Source of the DNA: Leptospira sp. | Lineage (GTDB): Bacteria > Spirochaetota > Leptospiria > Leptospirales > Leptospiraceae | Reading direction: 5' to 3' | NCBI GenBank assembly: GCA_034439575.1 | Contig: JAWXAQ010000007.1 | Coordinates: forward strand, 64,001-128,000 | DNA: 64,000 nt | Shown here: piece after piece, positions 60,997 to 64,000 of the stretch | Numbering within the stretch: the stretch's first letter is position 1 | How the letters are laid out: every line of letters starts with the position of its first letter | The notes under the pieces: generated by a model | The model's input: only the letters and a program-made list of their open reading frames with translations | What the model was told of the DNA's origin: nothing | Database searches by the model: none | Position numbers and translations under genes: made by a program

Positions 60997-61304
60997 TAAA
61001 ACTGACCTTTTTTTACGATTAGATTTCTGGAAATTAAACCATCAGCTATCAACAATAATCCGTTAGACGCTGCATCCTTTTCTTCATCACTTACATCTTT
61101 TTGTAATGCCATAAGCTCATGAACAAATTTCCTACGTTTCATATCTAAAACACCTAACATAGAACCGCTGATTTTTTCATCCATTTTTAAAAATGCCAAA
61201 GCCAAAGTCTTTGGTGGAGTCTCGTTGCAAAGATAATACAAAGCTCTGTTATCAAAGTATGATAGTTGTCCAATACGTTCTAATGTTTGTTCTCCGCCTG
61301 ACAT
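60975..61304 (-). CDS. Stand-alone FliG C-terminal-like domain protein
   Basis: LALAF...; helical ARM-like pattern ending GLISRNLI. Confidence 0.55.
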   Translation of the reverse strand: MSGGEQTLERIGQLSYFDNRALYYLCNETPPKTLALAFLKMDEKISGSMLGVLDMKRRKFVHELMALQKDVSDEEKDAASNGLLLIADGLISRNLIVKKGQFYYGSERD

Positions 61305-61314
61305 GTGTTTATCC

Positions 61315-62823
61315 CTATATAACGTTTATTTCTGAAACTTTCTTTTTCAAATAAGAAATCAAATATTTTGAATTTGGAGTTTCCAAAGTAGCAGATTGAA
61401 TTAATTCATTGGCATCCAAGGATTTTCCTTTGGAATGAACTTCTTTTCGTAACCAATCGAGCAATTTACTAAAATTTCCATTCACTTTAAATTCTGCTTT
61501 GTAATTTGAATTTTCTTTTTCGAATGAAGAAAATAATTGAGCAGAGAAAATATTTCCAAGAGTATAAGTTGGAAAGTATCCGAAAGCACCCATCGACCAA
61601 TGGATATCTTGCAAAACTCCTTCGGCATCATTTTCCACATTTAATCCCAGGTATTCCTTTACTTTGGCATTCCAAATTTCCGGTAAATCTTTAACATTGA
61701 TTTTACCATTAATCAGTTCTCTTTCAATTTCAAATCTCAATATAATATGTAGATTGTAAGTAATTTGGTCAGCTTCGACACGAATTTTACTTTTTTGCGT
61801 AGAGTTAATGGATTGATACAATTGTTTAAAAGATAACTCTTGTTCCGTGAGTTCAAAATCTGAAAGTAAAATTGGATAAATAAATTCCCAAAATGATTGA
61901 GACCTGCCGACTTGATTTTCCCATAAACGGCTTTGTGATTCATGAACACCTAACGAACAAAATTCTGTGATTGGTGTTGGCCATTCTTCCATTTTTGAAA
62001 TCCCTGCTTCATAAAGGGAATGTCCTGTTTCATGCAGCACTCCAAAAATCGATGAAAGTGGATCTGTCTCCGAATAGCGAGTTGTTATGCGTTTATCAAA
62101 TTTTCCTAAACTTGTTGAAAATGGATGATGACTCACATCGAGTCGGCTTTCATCGGGATTAAGCCCCAATAATGCTGGAAGCCTTTTGCATAATTTTTCT
62201 TGTTTCGTTTGTGAAATAGGGTGTTTGAAAGGCGAAGGGAAGTAAGGTGCCGTTTCAACAATAGGTACCAATTCAGCTTTTAAAGATTCAAAAAGAATTG
62301 CGATATCTTCAGTTTTTGCTCCGCGTTCATATCCGTCTAACAGAGCATCATATGGCTCATTCTTGTATCCTAGATATTCGGCTTGTTTCTTTGATAGTGA
62401 GACAATTTTTTCAAGCATTGGGGCAAACTCTGCAAAAGATTGGTTCTTTCTTGCATCTGCCCAGGCACCGTGAGCAAGGTTTGTTGTTTGCGAAAATTCT
62501 GCCACAAACTCCGAAGGAATTTTTTCTGCCTTACTCAACTCTTCTTCTAATATAAAAAATTCTCGTTCCCATTTTACTTTTTCAGGCTGTGAGAATTGTA
62601 CCAATTCCTTCTTTGCCGCCTCAATTTTTTTCTTATATTCATCACTGACACTCCAATCGTGAGTCAGTTGAGTTATGTCGGCAATTTGAGAAGACCTGTA
62701 TTCTCTTCCCTCTTTCGGCATCATCACTTCTGAATCCCAATGTAAAACAGAAGCTATGTCTTGGAATGATTTGAGTTTTTTGTAATAAGATCTATACTCT
62801 TCTAAAGCTTTCGGAATCTGCAT
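61315..62823 (-). CDS. Carboxypeptidase M32
   Basis: HPF, HETGH, HESQSR, IRVEAD, QDIHW, GYFPTY. Confidence 0.95.
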   Translation of the reverse strand: MQIPKALEEYRSYYKKLKSFQDIASVLHWDSEVMMPKEGREYRSSQIADITQLTHDWSVSDEYKKKIEAAKKELVQFSQPEKVKWEREFFILEEELSKAEKIPSEFVAEFSQTTNLAHGAWADARKNQSFAEFAPMLEKIVSLSKKQAEYLGYKNEPYDALLDGYERGAKTEDIAILFESLKAELVPIVETAPYFPSPFKHPISQTKQEKLCKRLPALLGLNPDESRLDVSHHPFSTSLGKFDKRITTRYSETDPLSSIFGVLHETGHSLYEAGISKMEEWPTPITEFCSLGVHESQSRLWENQVGRSQSFWEFIYPILLSDFELTEQELSFKQLYQSINSTQKSKIRVEADQITYNLHIILRFEIERELINGKINVKDLPEIWNAKVKEYLGLNVENDAEGVLQDIHWSMGAFGYFPTYTLGNIFSAQLFSSFEKENSNYKAEFKVNGNFSKLLDWLRKEVHSKGKSLDANELIQSATLETPNSKYLISYLKKKVSEINVI

Positions 62824-62909
62824 TATCAACCATTCTAAAAATCGAACCAAATCTGGAATCAAAAATCATTGACCCTTATCCTTCGCAAAAAACTATGTAT
62901 ATACCAATT

Positions 62910-62980
62910 GCGGGTGTGGTGTAACGGTAGCACAGCAGCCTTCCAAGCTTCTGGCGAGGGTTCGAGTCCCTTCGCCCGCA
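62910..62980 (+). tRNA. tRNA-Gly (TCC)
   Basis: GCGGGTG acceptor, CT-TCC-AA loop, GGTTCGAGTCC T-arm; CCA not encoded. Confidence 0.95.
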
Positions 62981-63165
62981 AAGATCCAGTCTTAATTCAA
63001 CAAAAACCAAACTCCCATTTAACAACAGAGCCACGAAGGCCGACGTCGAGGGAGTCAAGCCTCGGAGCTTAAATCGGCACGAGGCCGATTTGCGGAGAGG
63101 GCTTTGTCCCTTCGCCCGCAAAGATCCAGTCTTAGTTCATCAAAAACCAAACTCCCATTTAACAA
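62966..63165 (+). repeat. 60-bp direct repeat (tRNA-Gly 3' end plus trailer) enclosing an 80-bp hairpin insert
   Basis: 62966-63025 vs 63106-63165, two mismatches. Confidence 0.9.
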
Positions 63166-63247
63166 GACTGAGAATTAAGGATGACATAGATTTTCAATCG
63201 ATGCAATATACAAAAATCATTTTAATATATGATCCTAAATTTGCCAA

Positions 63248-64000
63248 ATGAACCCGATTAAAAAAATCAAACTAGAGAAAGAAAACCTCAAACAAACAAT
63301 CGCTAAAAAAGAAAAAGTTGAAATCAATCAACGACGAAGGAAAGTTAATATTTATCGAAACTATTTAAAATTTTATTCTCGTATAACAAAAAGTAATTTT
63401 GGTACTTTTTTAAGTATGTTTTTCCGATTTTTGTCTTTCGATATTTGGATTCTAAATTATACGTTAACAAATCTTTTTTTAGTTTTCGCCTTACCGACAT
63501 TATACATCACTGTATTTTCAGTTCCAGTTTTATTGAAAAATCGAATTGTATTGTTTTTTATACTTTTTTTTCCACTCATCTTATTCTTTGAATCAATCCG
63601 TTTTTTAAAATTTTTATATCAACAGAAGAGAATATCTTTCGCTATAGACACATGGAAATCTTTATGGGAACATCCAAATATTTCCTATTTTCATTGGCAA
63701 AATATCTCTGTAGAATTGAAACTCATAAAAAACAAAGATGTAGTACAAGACTTATGTGAAACCTTTTGCCTTCGAGTGAATCAATTATTTTATAATACGG
63801 AAGATAAAGAAATTAGAATCAAATGGAATTATAAGGATGAGAAGCTTTCTGGATCCGCAAACGGAAGGATTTTACATTTATTATGGTATAAATTTATAAA
63901 ACCGTTAAATGAATTAAATCTATTTGATCAAACTATTGATCAAATAACATTTATTAAACTCAATGATCTAGGAGAAATTTCATCCAAACAAAATGATGGT
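63248..64000 (+). CDS. Hypothetical membrane protein (runs off window end)
   Basis: Open frame MNPIKKIK... with two hydrophobic segments and no stop before the window end. Confidence 0.7.
   Translation, partial: MNPIKKIKLEKENLKQTIAKKEKVEINQRRRKVNIYRNYLKFYSRITKSNFGTFLSMFFRFLSFDIWILNYTLTNLFLVFALPTLYITVFSVPVLLKNRIVLFFILFFPLILFFESIRFLKFLYQQKRISFAIDTWKSLWEHPNISYFHWQNISVELKLIKNKDVVQDLCETFCLRVNQLFYNTEDKEIRIKWNYKDEKLSGSANGRILHLLWYKFIKPLNELNLFDQTIDQITFIKLNDLGEISSKQNDG

Noticed and set aside
2545-62555. Numerous 60-160 aa antisense or nested ORFs in the track
   Set aside because: They lie inside well-supported genes and show no recognisable motifs
62869-63121. Two short ORFs (67 and 81 aa)
   Set aside because: They overlap tRNA-Gly and the repeat; spurious

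Overview
AT-rich bacterial chromosomal segment, most consistent with Leptospira (inferred from spirochaete-type lipoproteins, an OmpL37-like protein and family content). It is mostly core or accessory housekeeping: prfA, thyX, hisI, metG, ruvC, sixA, rppH, acylphosphatase, M32 carboxypeptidase, tRNA-Pro(GGG) and tRNA-Gly(TCC), signalling genes and lipid/acyl-CoA metabolism. An AT-rich islet at ~38.1-41.6 kb holds a GT-C-like membrane protein and a vapBC-type toxin-antitoxin pair. Main observations: (1) a dispersed ~90-nt structured repeat carrying two GGA-loop hairpins (CsrA-site/TwoAYGGAY-like) brackets the islet. One copy sits in a 3' UTR and a partial copy supplies the RBS and ATG of an AraC gene. 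(2) A highly divergent S-adenosylhomocysteine-hydrolase-like protein sits in an operon with an odd MDR dehydrogenase, a NUDIX enzyme and a Cys-less nitrilase-fold protein. (3) HisI appears to be a fused pseudo-dimer with a split active site. (4) A propeptide-less kexin-like lipoprotease is followed by a separately encoded propeptide-like lipoprotein. (5) A FecR-CxxCH / porin / DsbD operon. (6) An lvaCAB/ACAD10-11-like cluster. (7) A duplicated tRNA-Gly 3' end encloses a small hairpin insert. All calls are by eye from motifs; no database searches were run.
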